Below, one piece after another: positions 47,777-57,175 of a stretch of 64,000 nucleotides of DNA; the stretch's first letter is position 1, and each line of letters starts with the position of its first letter. Both the position numbers and the translations under genes were made by a program. Source of the DNA: Bacteroidota bacterium (GTDB lineage: Bacteria; Bacteroidota; Bacteroidia; NS11-12g; UBA955); the NCBI GenBank assembly GCA_030833525.1, contig JAURGZ010000004.1, positions 8,019-72,018 of the forward strand, in the 5' to 3' direction. The notes beneath the pieces were generated by a model. That model had not been told where the DNA came from. It worked only from the letters and a program-made list of their open reading frames with translations, and ran no database searches.

Positions 47777-50446
47777 ATGGCCAACGAATTAGCTTCTGCA
47801 CCCATTCAATTTCAAGGAGAGTGGCTTTGGTTGGGGAATACCGGCCATGCCGTAGTCATTCTCGCATTCGTCGCTTCCTTGTTGGCGGCTTTTGCCTTTT
47901 ACAAAGCCAGCCAAGATGATTCGGGACTTTGGATGAACTGGGCCAAACGCTTTTTTGTTGGCCACAGTATGGGCGTTTTGGGCATTGTAATCGTGCTGTT
48001 TTCGCTCATTTTCTTTCACCGTTTTGAATACTATTACGTTTGGCGCCACAGTTCTTTGGCCTTGCCTACCCATTACATGATTTCCTGTTTTTGGGAAGGC
48101 CAAGAGGGAAGCTTCTTGTTGTGGATGTTTTGGAACTCGGTGATTGGCCTGGTTTTGCTTCGCCAAAAATCAACCTTTACCGCACCTGTAATGGCTGTAA
48201 TGGCATTTGCAGAAGTGGCCTTAAGCTCGATGCTCCTGGGCGTAGAATGGGGTTCTTTTCATTTGGGAAGCAGCCCCTTCGAATTGCTCAGAAGCGAACG
48301 CCCCGACTTTCTTCAAATCCCTATTTTGGGCTCGCTCGGTGTAGGCAATTACTTGCAAGTCATCACCGATGGCAACGGTTTGAACCCCTTGCTTCAAAAC
48401 TATTGGATGGTCATTCACCCGCCTACCTTGTTCTTTGGTTTCGCCACCGCCACGGTTCCCTTCGCGTACAGCTTAGCTGGATTGTGGAAAGGAGGGCAGG
48501 ACCGCTCTTGGATTCGCCCCGCGCTTATCTGGAGCTTGGTTTGCACCGGCATATTGGGCTTGGGCATCATCATGGGTGGTTATTGGGCTTACGAAAGCTT
48601 GAACTTCGGCGGATACTGGGCATGGGATCCCGTTGAAAATGCTTCGTTGATGCCTTGGCTGCTGATGGCAGCAGCAGCCCATATGCTGCTGATTTCCAAA
48701 AGCACAGGCAAGCATTTATTCTCTGCTCACCTGCTGGTTCACTTGAGTTTTTGGCTGGTGCTTTATGCCACGTTTTTGACTCGCAGCGGCATTTTGGGGG
48801 AAGCCTCCGTGCACAGTTTTACCGATTTGGGTCTTTCAGGACAGTTGCTGTTGTTCCTATTGGCCTTCATTGGTTTGTCGTGGTGGGTTAGCCATTCTGG
48901 TTCAAAAGGCCGCAGCCGAATTGGTTGGGGAATGGCCCTCGCCTTGATTGGCATTCCCTTGCTCAGCCTTGTGATTCCAGAATCGGCAAGCACTGGGTTT
49001 AGCAGCGGGCTGAAATGGGGTGGAATATTGCTGTTTTCAACAACTCTAGTCGGTTTCATTCAATCCCTGATGAAGGAAACGGCAAACGCCGATTCTGCTG
49101 AAAATGAGGACCGCATCGATAGCCGTGAATTCTGGATGTTCCTGGGAGCCATGTTCTTGATATTGAGCTTGGTTCAAGTGTTTTTCGCTACTTCTATACC
49201 TGTCTTCAATAAGCTTTTTGGATTCAAGACGGCGGTTCCACAAGCGGCAGACTACAACCGTGTGCAGTTGTGGTTGGCCATGCCCGTTATGGCTCTGATG
49301 GCCATGGGTCATTGGTTTCGTTTTCGTCAAACAGCTCCTGAAATCTGGATCAAGGGTTTATTCAAGACCGTAGGGCTCTCATTGGGAATGAGCTTTTTGC
49401 TCGCTTGGGCTTTGGAGATATTTGAGCTAGGCTACTTTTTATTTTTGTTCTTCTCGGTTTATCTCATCACAGCCAATGCTTGGTATGCCTTGGAAAAGAA
49501 GAAGAAAACATGGCTGGGGCACGGATCGAGCATCGCTCATTTGGGCTTCGGTGTATTGTTATTGGGCGTGCTGATTTCCTCGGTCAATCAGCGAATTTTG
49601 ACAGCCAGTACGGGCATTGGCATGGCTCCTGAACGCAATGAAAAAGGAGAGATTGATTCAAAAGGAATCGAATTCAATCGTGAAAATGCGATTGTTTACA
49701 AGGGCCGCAAAGCGCCCTTTTCTTATTATCAAGTTGAATACAAGGGAGCTCGCCAAGGAGCAGGAAATGATAGCATCAACGAATACTTCTTGCTCTCATT
49801 CCGAGATACGGGTTCAGGCGATTCATTCGTATTGGAGCCCAAAACGCAGAACAATCCCAAAATGGGTTTATTGGCTGAACCCGATACGCGTCATTTTCTG
49901 AACAAGGATATTTTCACCCATGTGAGTTACCAAAGCAGTTTGGACAAAACCGAGCCTTTTGCCGGTTTTAAAAACGACACCTTGCGTTTGGGACAAACCT
50001 TCACCACCTCTTCAGCCAAATTGGCCTTGCGCCTGGATAGTTTCAGCAGTTATCCTAGCCCCGAAGGCTTGATTGTAAAACTGAAGGTGGCCGCAAGCCA
50101 AATGGGCTTTGGTTCTGGATTGGAATCTCAATACCAGTACTTGTATCCGCAGTTCAAGATCAATACCCAATCAGGCGCCTTTGAGTCGGCACCTGTTGAA
50201 TCAAATGAATTGGGTCTGTTTCTGAGCATTCAACACATGAAGATCTTGGACCCCAACCCCAAAGCAGAAAATTTGGAATTTGTCATGCAAACGGGTGAGA
50301 AGAAACCTGTCATACCCTATGTTGTGGTGAAATCCATTGAATTCCCGTGGATCAATGCCGTTTGGGCCGGTACCATTCTGATGGTTCTGGGATTTGCCAT
50401 GAGCATCGCCAAGCGCATTCGCGAACAGCGTCAACTTTTGGCCTAA
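47777..50446 (+). CDS. ccmF: Cytochrome c heme lyase CcmF
   Basis: W.GQEGS.LLW, GLNPLLQNYWMVIHPP, GGYWAYE...GGYWAWDPVENAS, FLTRSG...SVHSF, AH.G, PWINAVW.G. Confidence 0.92.
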   Translation: MANELASAPIQFQGEWLWLGNTGHAVVILAFVASLLAAFAFYKASQDDSGLWMNWAKRFFVGHSMGVLGIVIVLFSLIFFHRFEYYYVWRHSSLALPTHYMISCFWEGQEGSFLLWMFWNSVIGLVLLRQKSTFTAPVMAVMAFAEVALSSMLLGVEWGSFHLGSSPFELLRSERPDFLQIPILGSLGVGNYLQVITDGNGLNPLLQNYWMVIHPPTLFFGFATATVPFAYSLAGLWKGGQDRSWIRPALIWSLVCTGILGLGIIMGGYWAYESLNFGGYWAWDPVENASLMPWLLMAAAAHMLLISKSTGKHLFSAHLLVHLSFWLVLYATFLTRSGILGEASVHSFTDLGLSGQLLLFLLAFIGLSWWVSHSGSKGRSRIGWGMALALIGIPLLSLVIPESASTGFSSGLKWGGILLFSTTLVGFIQSLMKETANADSAENEDRIDSREFWMFLGAMFLILSLVQVFFATSIPVFNKLFGFKTAVPQAADYNRVQLWLAMPVMALMAMGHWFRFRQTAPEIWIKGLFKTVGLSLGMSFLLAWALEIFELGYFLFLFFSVYLITANAWYALEKKKKTWLGHGSSIAHLGFGVLLLGVLISSVNQRILTASTGIGMAPERNEKGEIDSKGIEFNRENAIVYKGRKAPFSYYQVEYKGARQGAGNDSINEYFLLSFRDTGSGDSFVLEPKTQNNPKMGLLAEPDTRHFLNKDIFTHVSYQSSLDKTEPFAGFKNDTLRLGQTFTTSSAKLALRLDSFSSYPSPEGLIVKLKVAASQMGFGSGLESQYQYLYPQFKINTQSGAFESAPVESNELGLFLSIQHMKILDPNPKAENLEFVMQTGEKKPVIPYVVVKSIEFPWINAVWAGTILMVLGFAMSIAKRIREQRQLLA

Positions 50447-50455
50447 CTTAGCAGG

Positions 50456-51202
50456 GTGGGAGCACCGACGGTCGATATAGTGGGCTTTGGTCGTTTGGGC
50501 CAACATGTGTACTCGTTATTTCAATCCAAGGGCATTCGAGTTCGCTGCGTCTACAGTTCCACTTTGGTGGGGGAGTCCAGCCGCGGTCGTCATGCTTGGC
50601 TCACCGATACCGATTTATCTCCACTGGTGTTTCTCTGCATACCCGATGACCAACTGGAACCCCAACTTCAGCTACGCGCACCCAGCACTTCTTTATTCCT
50701 TCAGTGCAGCGGGGCCAAATCCTTGGTGAGTTTACCTGGGAAGCGAATCGGAGTTTGGTACCCCTTGCAAAGTTTTAGCCTGAATCGAAGTCCTGCCAAT
50801 GAGAATTGGCCGGTATTCTTGGAAGCTGACTCAGAATCGCTGGCTGAATTGCAAGCCCTCAATGCGCAGTTAGGCCTTAAGGGAATTCCCATGAACAGCC
50901 AGCAACGCCAATTTTTGCATTTAGCTGCCGTATGGGGCAATAATTTCGGGCAATTGGTCATGGGTGTAGCCAAAGACATTTGCGAGTCTCAGGGCTTGGA
51001 TCCTCAATTTCTCAAGCCATTGCTGCAAGAAACCGCAGAGAAAGCCTTGGATCTGCCTGGAGAAGTTGCGCAAACAGGCCCGGCCCGCCGAAACGACCAG
51101 CAAACACAGGCTCTGCACCTGGATTTGATGCAGGACCATCCCGATTGGCAATCGCTGTACAAGGCCCTCAGCGAAAGCATTCAATCGCGTTATCGCAAAT
51201 AA
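50456..51202 (+). CDS. Rossmann-like + DUF2520 domain protein
   Basis: IVGFGRLG, IPDD, YPLQSFS, LHLAAV..NNF, AQTGPARRND. Confidence 0.85.
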   Translation: MGAPTVDIVGFGRLGQHVYSLFQSKGIRVRCVYSSTLVGESSRGRHAWLTDTDLSPLVFLCIPDDQLEPQLQLRAPSTSLFLQCSGAKSLVSLPGKRIGVWYPLQSFSLNRSPANENWPVFLEADSESLAELQALNAQLGLKGIPMNSQQRQFLHLAAVWGNNFGQLVMGVAKDICESQGLDPQFLKPLLQETAEKALDLPGEVAQTGPARRNDQQTQALHLDLMQDHPDWQSLYKALSESIQSRYRK

Positions 51203-53247
51203 TAGCGCAGCCCCAAATACAGCGTCCTTCCATTGGTGGGCCCCCAAGCATAAGAGGCATCTACAAAATCGTATTCGGGCTTTATGCGTATGGCAGCTGG
51301 TGCCATGCGATTGGTTGCATTTTCCAAGCCGAGATACAAATCCAGATGCTCCCAAGATTTGCGAATTTGACCATTCCAAACGGCATAAAAAGGGCTCAAA
51401 TCTGGAGCGTTCCAATAAGCCCCGTGACTCAAACGTTTGGGACCATTGAGCTGACTGCTCAAATCCATGTACCACTTGCTTCGCGTCTCAAAGCCCCAAA
51501 CCAATAAACCGCGGTGTGGGGACTGAAAAGGGGCTTGTTGAAAACCATAAGTCCCGTCAGGTCGCCCCAGCCACATCTGGTTGTTGACGTAGCGATATGC
51601 GATTTTGAAGGAAAAACGACGGTGAAAATACCCCGATGCTTCTGCGTGCAGGGTTTGGGTGTATCCGGCTTCAGCACCCGTGCGCGTTTGAAGATGCAAT
51701 TGTTCGGCGTGGGCATCGCGGTCCATGACGGTTTGGGCCTGGAAATCGGTTTGAAATGCATCGATGTTCCATGTCAACGGATACCCCAAGAACATGCCCT
51801 TTCCGTTGTAAGAAATGCCATAATTCAAGGCTTGCTCTTGCTGCAATCGGTAGGGTTGAGAAGCATTTCCCATCCATAACAGTTCGCGAGATGAAAGCAA
51901 GAGTGGCAAGTACTCGACCAGCGCCCACGGGCTGCGACGCCCCATGCCACCCATGGCGTAAAATTTGTGATTGGGATTCAATTCCCACTTCAAATTCCAG
52001 CGAGGGCTTACAAAGGTCCCAAAAAGGTTGTTTCGGTCCACACGCAAACCCAAAACCCAGGAAAGCTCACCCTCCTTGACCCATTCAGCGAATGCAGCTG
52101 CATTGCGCTCTTCTCTGTTGAGCGAAAATGCATCGGCTTGAGTCAGCATGCTGCTAGGGGTTTTGAACGCGTCGCTCTGCAGCGTTTCACGGGCCCTGCT
52201 GGCCATGATGGAAATTCCAGCTTTCACATTGAACCCTTCAGCAATCATGGGTGATTGGTAAAAACTTTGGTATTCCAAGCGCTTTTCTTGACCCTGGTAA
52301 TGTCGTCCAATCAAGGAATTGAGCAATGAGGCATGTTCATGTTGGCTCCAACTGACGATATTGCCCCAGCTGCTGCTGGCATCTTCGTTCAGGAACACGC
52401 CCAATTTGGCATAGGCCTCGGTTCGTTTTTCCCTCGATTCAAAACCAAAGCCTTGTTCTTTCGGCATGAGCGAACGGGCATTCGCAGAATCAACGGCCCC
52501 TGCGCTTTTGTTTTCCACCCAATGTGTCAATCCCCATTGGGCTTCGAACTTATCGGCATAATGTTGGGAATGGTTGCTGATGAAACGTCTTGCACTCTGG
52601 GGCATGTCTGAAAATCCATCGCCGTTGCGGTCCATGATCCAGTCTTGCCAGGCTCCATTCAAATACGTGTGGTTGAACGTTTTGGCACCTAGTCTATTTT
52701 TAAGAATGGCGTTGTATTCCCGGCGCATTTGGTTGTTTTGAAAGGCATTGAAAAAGATGCGATCCCCAGTTGGTTCGGCCGCTAAGGCGTAATTCAAAGC
52801 CCCCGTAATTCCGTCATGACCCAGGGTAGCCGAAGCCGAACCCTTGGAAATATGAACGTTGGAGACCATGGGTCCAGGTACCGCTGTCAATCCATTCAAT
52901 AAATTCAGTCCCTGGATCATAGGTATGTTGTCGCGGCTCATGTTGACGTATTTGCCCGCTAAGCCCAGCATTTCAATTTGCTTGATGCCGCTTATTCCGT
53001 CGGCATTTGACAATTCAACCGTATTGTTGAGTTCAAAGCTTTCTGAAAGCGTGCAACAGGCCGCTCGTTTGAATTCATTTTGATCCAAATCTTCAGACAA
53101 ACGAATGCCCCTTGTATCCCAGCGATGCCCAGTACCTTGTTTTTCGATTTCTACGGGCCCTAACGATTCAGGACCCGTAGTATCGATCTGTGCTTGTAAA
53201 ATGGGAATGAAAAGGGTAGCAGCGGCGATTAAAAATCGTCTTCGCAT
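51190..53247 (-). CDS. TonB-dependent receptor with Cys-Cys plug motif (putative metal transporter)
   Basis: Signal peptide, plug RAACCTLSESFE, IEMLGL.G.Y, ISKG, D.NGDGF.D, PR.NLK, C-terminal WGP..GR..YLGLRY. Confidence 0.88.
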   Translation of the reverse strand: MRRRFLIAAATLFIPILQAQIDTTGPESLGPVEIEKQGTGHRWDTRGIRLSEDLDQNEFKRAACCTLSESFELNNTVELSNADGISGIKQIEMLGLAGKYVNMSRDNIPMIQGLNLLNGLTAVPGPMVSNVHISKGSASATLGHDGITGALNYALAAEPTGDRIFFNAFQNNQMRREYNAILKNRLGAKTFNHTYLNGAWQDWIMDRNGDGFSDMPQSARRFISNHSQHYADKFEAQWGLTHWVENKSAGAVDSANARSLMPKEQGFGFESREKRTEAYAKLGVFLNEDASSSWGNIVSWSQHEHASLLNSLIGRHYQGQEKRLEYQSFYQSPMIAEGFNVKAGISIMASRARETLQSDAFKTPSSMLTQADAFSLNREERNAAAFAEWVKEGELSWVLGLRVDRNNLFGTFVSPRWNLKWELNPNHKFYAMGGMGRRSPWALVEYLPLLLSSRELLWMGNASQPYRLQQEQALNYGISYNGKGMFLGYPLTWNIDAFQTDFQAQTVMDRDAHAEQLHLQTRTGAEAGYTQTLHAEASGYFHRRFSFKIAYRYVNNQMWLGRPDGTYGFQQAPFQSPHRGLLVWGFETRSKWYMDLSSQLNGPKRLSHGAYWNAPDLSPFYAVWNGQIRKSWEHLDLYLGLENATNRMAPAAIRIKPEYDFVDASYAWGPTNGRTLYLGLRYYLR

Positions 53248-53603
53248 GACCGATCGCGGTATTGGCAACAACGAGGCAGGTTGGCGTACACCAAATTTGA
53301 AGCTTTGACCAATTCGGTATCATGGCCGACCATGGCCACCAAATTGTGCAACTGATTGATTTGGATTTTACTGGGATTGTAGGTCACCAAAACCTTCTGA
53401 GTTTCGGGTGTATAAACGGCTTTGTAAATACCCGGCTTATCAAGGGCTTCTTCAATGCGCTCCTTGCATTCACCGCAATTTCCGTGAACCGTAAATTGAA
53501 TGGTCGTCTTATTGGACTTGGGTTGTTGGGCCATCAAAGCCTGAACTCCCAATATAGTCAAGAGAGCAATTGTGACGGCTCCCCAAAGTTGTGTCTTTTT
53601 CAT
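53229..53603 (-). CDS. Exported heavy-metal-associated (HMA) domain protein
   Basis: Signal peptide, F.VHGNCGECKERIE, C-terminal Y..LPRCCQY. Confidence 0.88.
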   Translation of the reverse strand: MKKTQLWGAVTIALLTILGVQALMAQQPKSNKTTIQFTVHGNCGECKERIEEALDKPGIYKAVYTPETQKVLVTYNPSKIQINQLHNLVAMVGHDTELVKASNLVYANLPRCCQYRDRSCEDDF

Positions 53604-53678
53604 TTTTGGATAGTGTTAAGGGTTTTTCAGCCTGTGCTTCGTTCGCGGCTGTTTCGAACCTTCAATTTCTACCCGGGC

Positions 53679-54071
53679 CTATTGCCGAATGTTCAATATT
53701 TCCAACCACCTTTTCGGCGGATACTTTGTTGGAATATGAGAATCGGAAAAACCTGGCCTTTGGTCAATGGTTGGCGAAACGGGCTTAGGCCTTGGCTCCA
53801 TTGAGCCAAACTCGAAATGAGCAGCCTTTACCGGTTCCTTGAATTTAGCACTGATGCCAAAAAGAAATATCGATTGGCAGCAATTGTTGTTTTCTAAAAC
53901 GGCATCAGGGACATTGGAACAGCAACTTTTCTTCGATTTAGGCCGGTGAGAATCGCAACTTTCTTCGCTCCAATGGGCCCCATCTTGGGAACAGATATGC
54001 ACAAATGCTTGGGCGGGACCGCTGCTAAAGGCAATCAAAATCATCAATATCCAAGCCGATAAGACGCGCAT
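53679..54071 (-). CDS. HYC_CC_PP-like Cys-rich protein (candidate regulatory uORF)
   Basis: Hydrophobic N-terminus, HIC, SCC, NCC, and YPP about 12 aa from the C-terminus. First gene of the HMA-TBDR unit. Confidence 0.7.
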   Translation of the reverse strand: MRVLSAWILMILIAFSSGPAQAFVHICSQDGAHWSEESCDSHRPKSKKSCCSNVPDAVLENNNCCQSIFLFGISAKFKEPVKAAHFEFGSMEPRPKPVSPTIDQRPGFSDSHIPTKYPPKRWLEILNIRQ

Positions 54072-54079
54072 AACCGGTT

Positions 54080-54087
54080 CAAATTTA
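54080..54087 (-). promoter_or_regulatory. -7 promoter element (TAAATTTG) for the Cys-rich uORF/HMA/TBDR operon
   Basis: Exact TAnnTTTG match, 8 nt upstream of ATG 54071. Confidence 0.7.
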
Positions 54088-54133
54088 TCAAAAATTATGC
54101 CAATGCCAAGGGTGCTTTGTAATATCGCAACCC

Positions 54134-55900
54134 ATGTTCAAATCCCTATTTAGACGAAAAACGGAATTTTCCAGTAACACGGAGACTGGCTTAAGACGGG
54201 TCTTGAAAGTCAGGGATTTGGCTTTTTTTGGAATTGCCGCCATCATAGGGGGTGGGATTTTCAGCAGCATCGGGCAAGCTTGTGCTTCTGCCGGCCCAGC
54301 GGTCATTTGGTTGTTCATTTTGTGCGCGGTGGCCTGTGTTTTGGCGGCCTTGTGCTATGCCGAATTTGCGGCCCGCATTCCAGTTTCGGGTAGCGCTTAC
54401 ACCTATGCCTATGCCTCTTTCGGTGAGTTGTTCGCTTGGATCATTGGTTGGGCTTTGATCATGGAATATGCCATTGGCAACATTTACGTATCCTTTGCCT
54501 GGTCTGAGTATTTCACCCACATATTGGATTCACTGGGCTGGGAATTGCCCAGGTATTTGGTGGTTGATTATACCAGTGCCCAAGAGGCTGTAGCTCTGAT
54601 ATCGGATCGAATGGGGGAACAAGGTCTCTTGATTTCCCAAATTCCCGATGTGCAATCTTGGTTGATTGACCATGCCAGTGCTCATGAAATAGATGCTTGG
54701 AATGCCTGGCACAATGCACCGAGGTGGGGAGACGATGGTCGACTCATTGCCGATTTGCCTGCATTCGGAATCAATTTGCTGATCACCTACATCGTATACC
54801 GAGGCATCAAGGAGTCAAAAAATAGCAGCAATGCCATGGTGATTCTGAAATTACTGGTGGTGGTTTTGGTTATTGCCGTAGGGGCTTTTTACATCGACAC
54901 AAACAACTTCAAACCCTTCATGCCAACTGGGTTTGGCGGGGTTTTGAGCGGCATATCAGCTGTATTCTTCACCTACATTGGTTTCGATGCCATCTCGACC
55001 TTGGCCGAAGAAACAGAGAACCCGCAGCGCAATTTGCCACTGGGCATGTTTTGGGCATTGGCCCTTTGTACCGTGTTGTACATTTTGATTTCGCTGGTGT
55101 TAACAGGAATGGTGCCCTTTCAACAGTTGAACGTCGCCGACCCCTTGGCCTTTGCTTTCGCACAGCATGGAATACAATGGATGGAATACTTGGTTTCGCT
55201 GTCTGCTGTCGTGGCCATGACCAGCGTAATGCTCGTATTTCAAATGGGACAACCCAGAATATGGCTATCCATGAGCCGCGATGGGTTATTGCCCCCAGCT
55301 TTCTCTCGCATACACCCCCGTTTCAGAACCCCTTCGTTTGCTACATGGGTGACGGGAGCCGTAGTGGGAATTCCCATATTTTTTGTGAACGAACAATTCG
55401 TATTGGACTTTACGAGCATCGGTACCTTGTTCGCCTTTGTACTCGTTTGCGGTGGGGTATTGTTATTGCCTGATCGAGAGGCTGAAACGGGCAAATTCCA
55501 CCTGCCTCGTTATTCGTCTCGAATCTGGTTTCCCATTTTTTCAGCCTTTACCTACGCAGCACTTTGGATCAATTGGCCCGAGTTTTTCGACCATTTGTTC
55601 TACAGCTGGGATTCTCAGGCTGTACAATCGCATGGCATGTGCTCTCAAGACCTCCATCATATGGACGCCCAATTTTTGCCACATCGCCTGTTTTGGCTGT
55701 TGTTTTTGCCCTTTTTGAATGCCTTAGCGCTTCGGAAGAATAGTTCGCTCATTCCCCTCGCCGGATTAGCCTTTTGCACCTATTTGCTCACCGGAATGGA
55801 TGCTTCCAATTGGTACTGGTTTTTTCTCTGGTTTGCCATTGGGCTCATCGTTTACTTTGCATACGGATACCGAAACAGCCGACTGAATACCCATGCCTAA
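54134..55900 (+). CDS. APC-family amino acid permease (cationic amino acid transporter-like)
   Basis: GIAAIIGGGIF, CYAEFA.RIPVSGSAYTY, YIGFDAIST.AEE..NPQR, SRDGLLP, YFAYGY. Confidence 0.92.
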   Translation: MFKSLFRRKTEFSSNTETGLRRVLKVRDLAFFGIAAIIGGGIFSSIGQACASAGPAVIWLFILCAVACVLAALCYAEFAARIPVSGSAYTYAYASFGELFAWIIGWALIMEYAIGNIYVSFAWSEYFTHILDSLGWELPRYLVVDYTSAQEAVALISDRMGEQGLLISQIPDVQSWLIDHASAHEIDAWNAWHNAPRWGDDGRLIADLPAFGINLLITYIVYRGIKESKNSSNAMVILKLLVVVLVIAVGAFYIDTNNFKPFMPTGFGGVLSGISAVFFTYIGFDAISTLAEETENPQRNLPLGMFWALALCTVLYILISLVLTGMVPFQQLNVADPLAFAFAQHGIQWMEYLVSLSAVVAMTSVMLVFQMGQPRIWLSMSRDGLLPPAFSRIHPRFRTPSFATWVTGAVVGIPIFFVNEQFVLDFTSIGTLFAFVLVCGGVLLLPDREAETGKFHLPRYSSRIWFPIFSAFTYAALWINWPEFFDHLFYSWDSQAVQSHGMCSQDLHHMDAQFLPHRLFWLLFLPFLNALALRKNSSLIPLAGLAFCTYLLTGMDASNWYWFFLWFAIGLIVYFAYGYRNSRLNTHA

Positions 55901-56183
55901 AGAAGAATTGAACATCGGACAAGTATTGGACAAGATGTTCGATCGATACAAGCTGAACGGCAAACTCACCGAGGCAAAACTCATTCAAAATTGGCCGCGC
56001 ATAGTTGGCCCCATCATTGACAAACACACCCGAAAACTGGAAGTCAAAGGCAAGACCTTGTATGTGTATGTCAACAACCCTGTCTTAAAGAATGAGTTGT
56101 TTTTCCAACGGGATCAAATCCTGGGCAACTGCAATGAGTTCTTGGAAGAGGTATTGTTGGAAAAGATTTTCATAGGCGACTAA
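55893..56183 (+). CDS. DUF721/DciA-like protein
   Basis: L...W..IVG..I..HT......L.V.V....LKNEL pattern. Confidence 0.8.
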   Translation: MPKEELNIGQVLDKMFDRYKLNGKLTEAKLIQNWPRIVGPIIDKHTRKLEVKGKTLYVYVNNPVLKNELFFQRDQILGNCNEFLEEVLLEKIFIGD

Positions 56184-57175
56184 GCCTCATTTTCGGCATT
56201 ATCCAAGCCGGCCTTTTCAATGCTGGCATTCAATTCAAATCCCACAATAATGGCTAACACATTGATATAAATCAATATCAACAAGGCTATGATAGCACCA
56301 ATAGAGCCGTAAATCTTGTTGTAGCTGTCAAAGTTGTTGACATAAAAACTGAACACCAGACTCGATAGAATCGATAGCGAGGCCGCCAGAATGCTTCCCG
56401 CAGAGAAAAATTTCCAACGCCATTGGTGATGGGGTCCAAAGAAATAAATGCTCGATATCGCCAAGAAAATCAATGAGGCAATCATAGCATATTCGAGCAC
56501 AACCAAAATGAATTCATAGATGAATCCGATGCGCCATTGTTCGTGCACCATATAGCGATGCAACTGGTATCCCCAGGTGATGAAAACCAAGACAACAATG
56601 ACCATTGAGGAGATTAAACCCGTCATAAACAAGGCTTTCAACCTCACTTGGAACCAATTCTTTTTTACTTTAATCGGCAATCTGCGATTGAAATTGTTGA
56701 TCAATATGTGAAAGGCGTTCGAAGCGAAATACAAAGTCAAGGCAAAACCGAATGACAGCAAACCCCGGTTTTGCTTAAGCAGAATTTCCTGAATGGTACT
56801 GGCTACTTCCTTGTATGATTTATCGGGAAGCACGCGCGAAAGTTCTTGCACAAATTGCGTCTTCAAATCGTCAAAGGGCAAATAGGCAATCAGGGTTAGG
56901 GTAAAGATGAGGGCAGGGAACAGGGCTAAGAAGAAATTGAAGCTCAAAGCCGAAGCCCGCATGTTCAAGTTCTCAGTAAATAAACTTCGCAAAAAGTAAC
57001 GACCTACGTCGAACAGGCTATGACCCTGAAATCCTTTGAAGGTTTTGGACTTTAAATAAGTAAGGAAGGGATGATCCGTTCGAACCGCTCGGGTCTTTTC
57101 CAGCACGGGCTCAACTGCATCATCTGCAGCGGGCATGTACTCGTGACGTCGGTATGAGCGGTAGTTTCGAGCCAT
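56180..57175 (-). CDS. YihY/virulence factor BrkB family membrane protein
   Basis: RASALSF.FFLALFP, FS.G, Y..NF.SYNKIYGSIG, G.ELNA. Confidence 0.9.
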   Translation of the reverse strand: MARNYRSYRRHEYMPAADDAVEPVLEKTRAVRTDHPFLTYLKSKTFKGFQGHSLFDVGRYFLRSLFTENLNMRASALSFNFFLALFPALIFTLTLIAYLPFDDLKTQFVQELSRVLPDKSYKEVASTIQEILLKQNRGLLSFGFALTLYFASNAFHILINNFNRRLPIKVKKNWFQVRLKALFMTGLISSMVIVVLVFITWGYQLHRYMVHEQWRIGFIYEFILVVLEYAMIASLIFLAISSIYFFGPHHQWRWKFFSAGSILAASLSILSSLVFSFYVNNFDSYNKIYGSIGAIIALLILIYINVLAIIVGFELNASIEKAGLDNAENEA

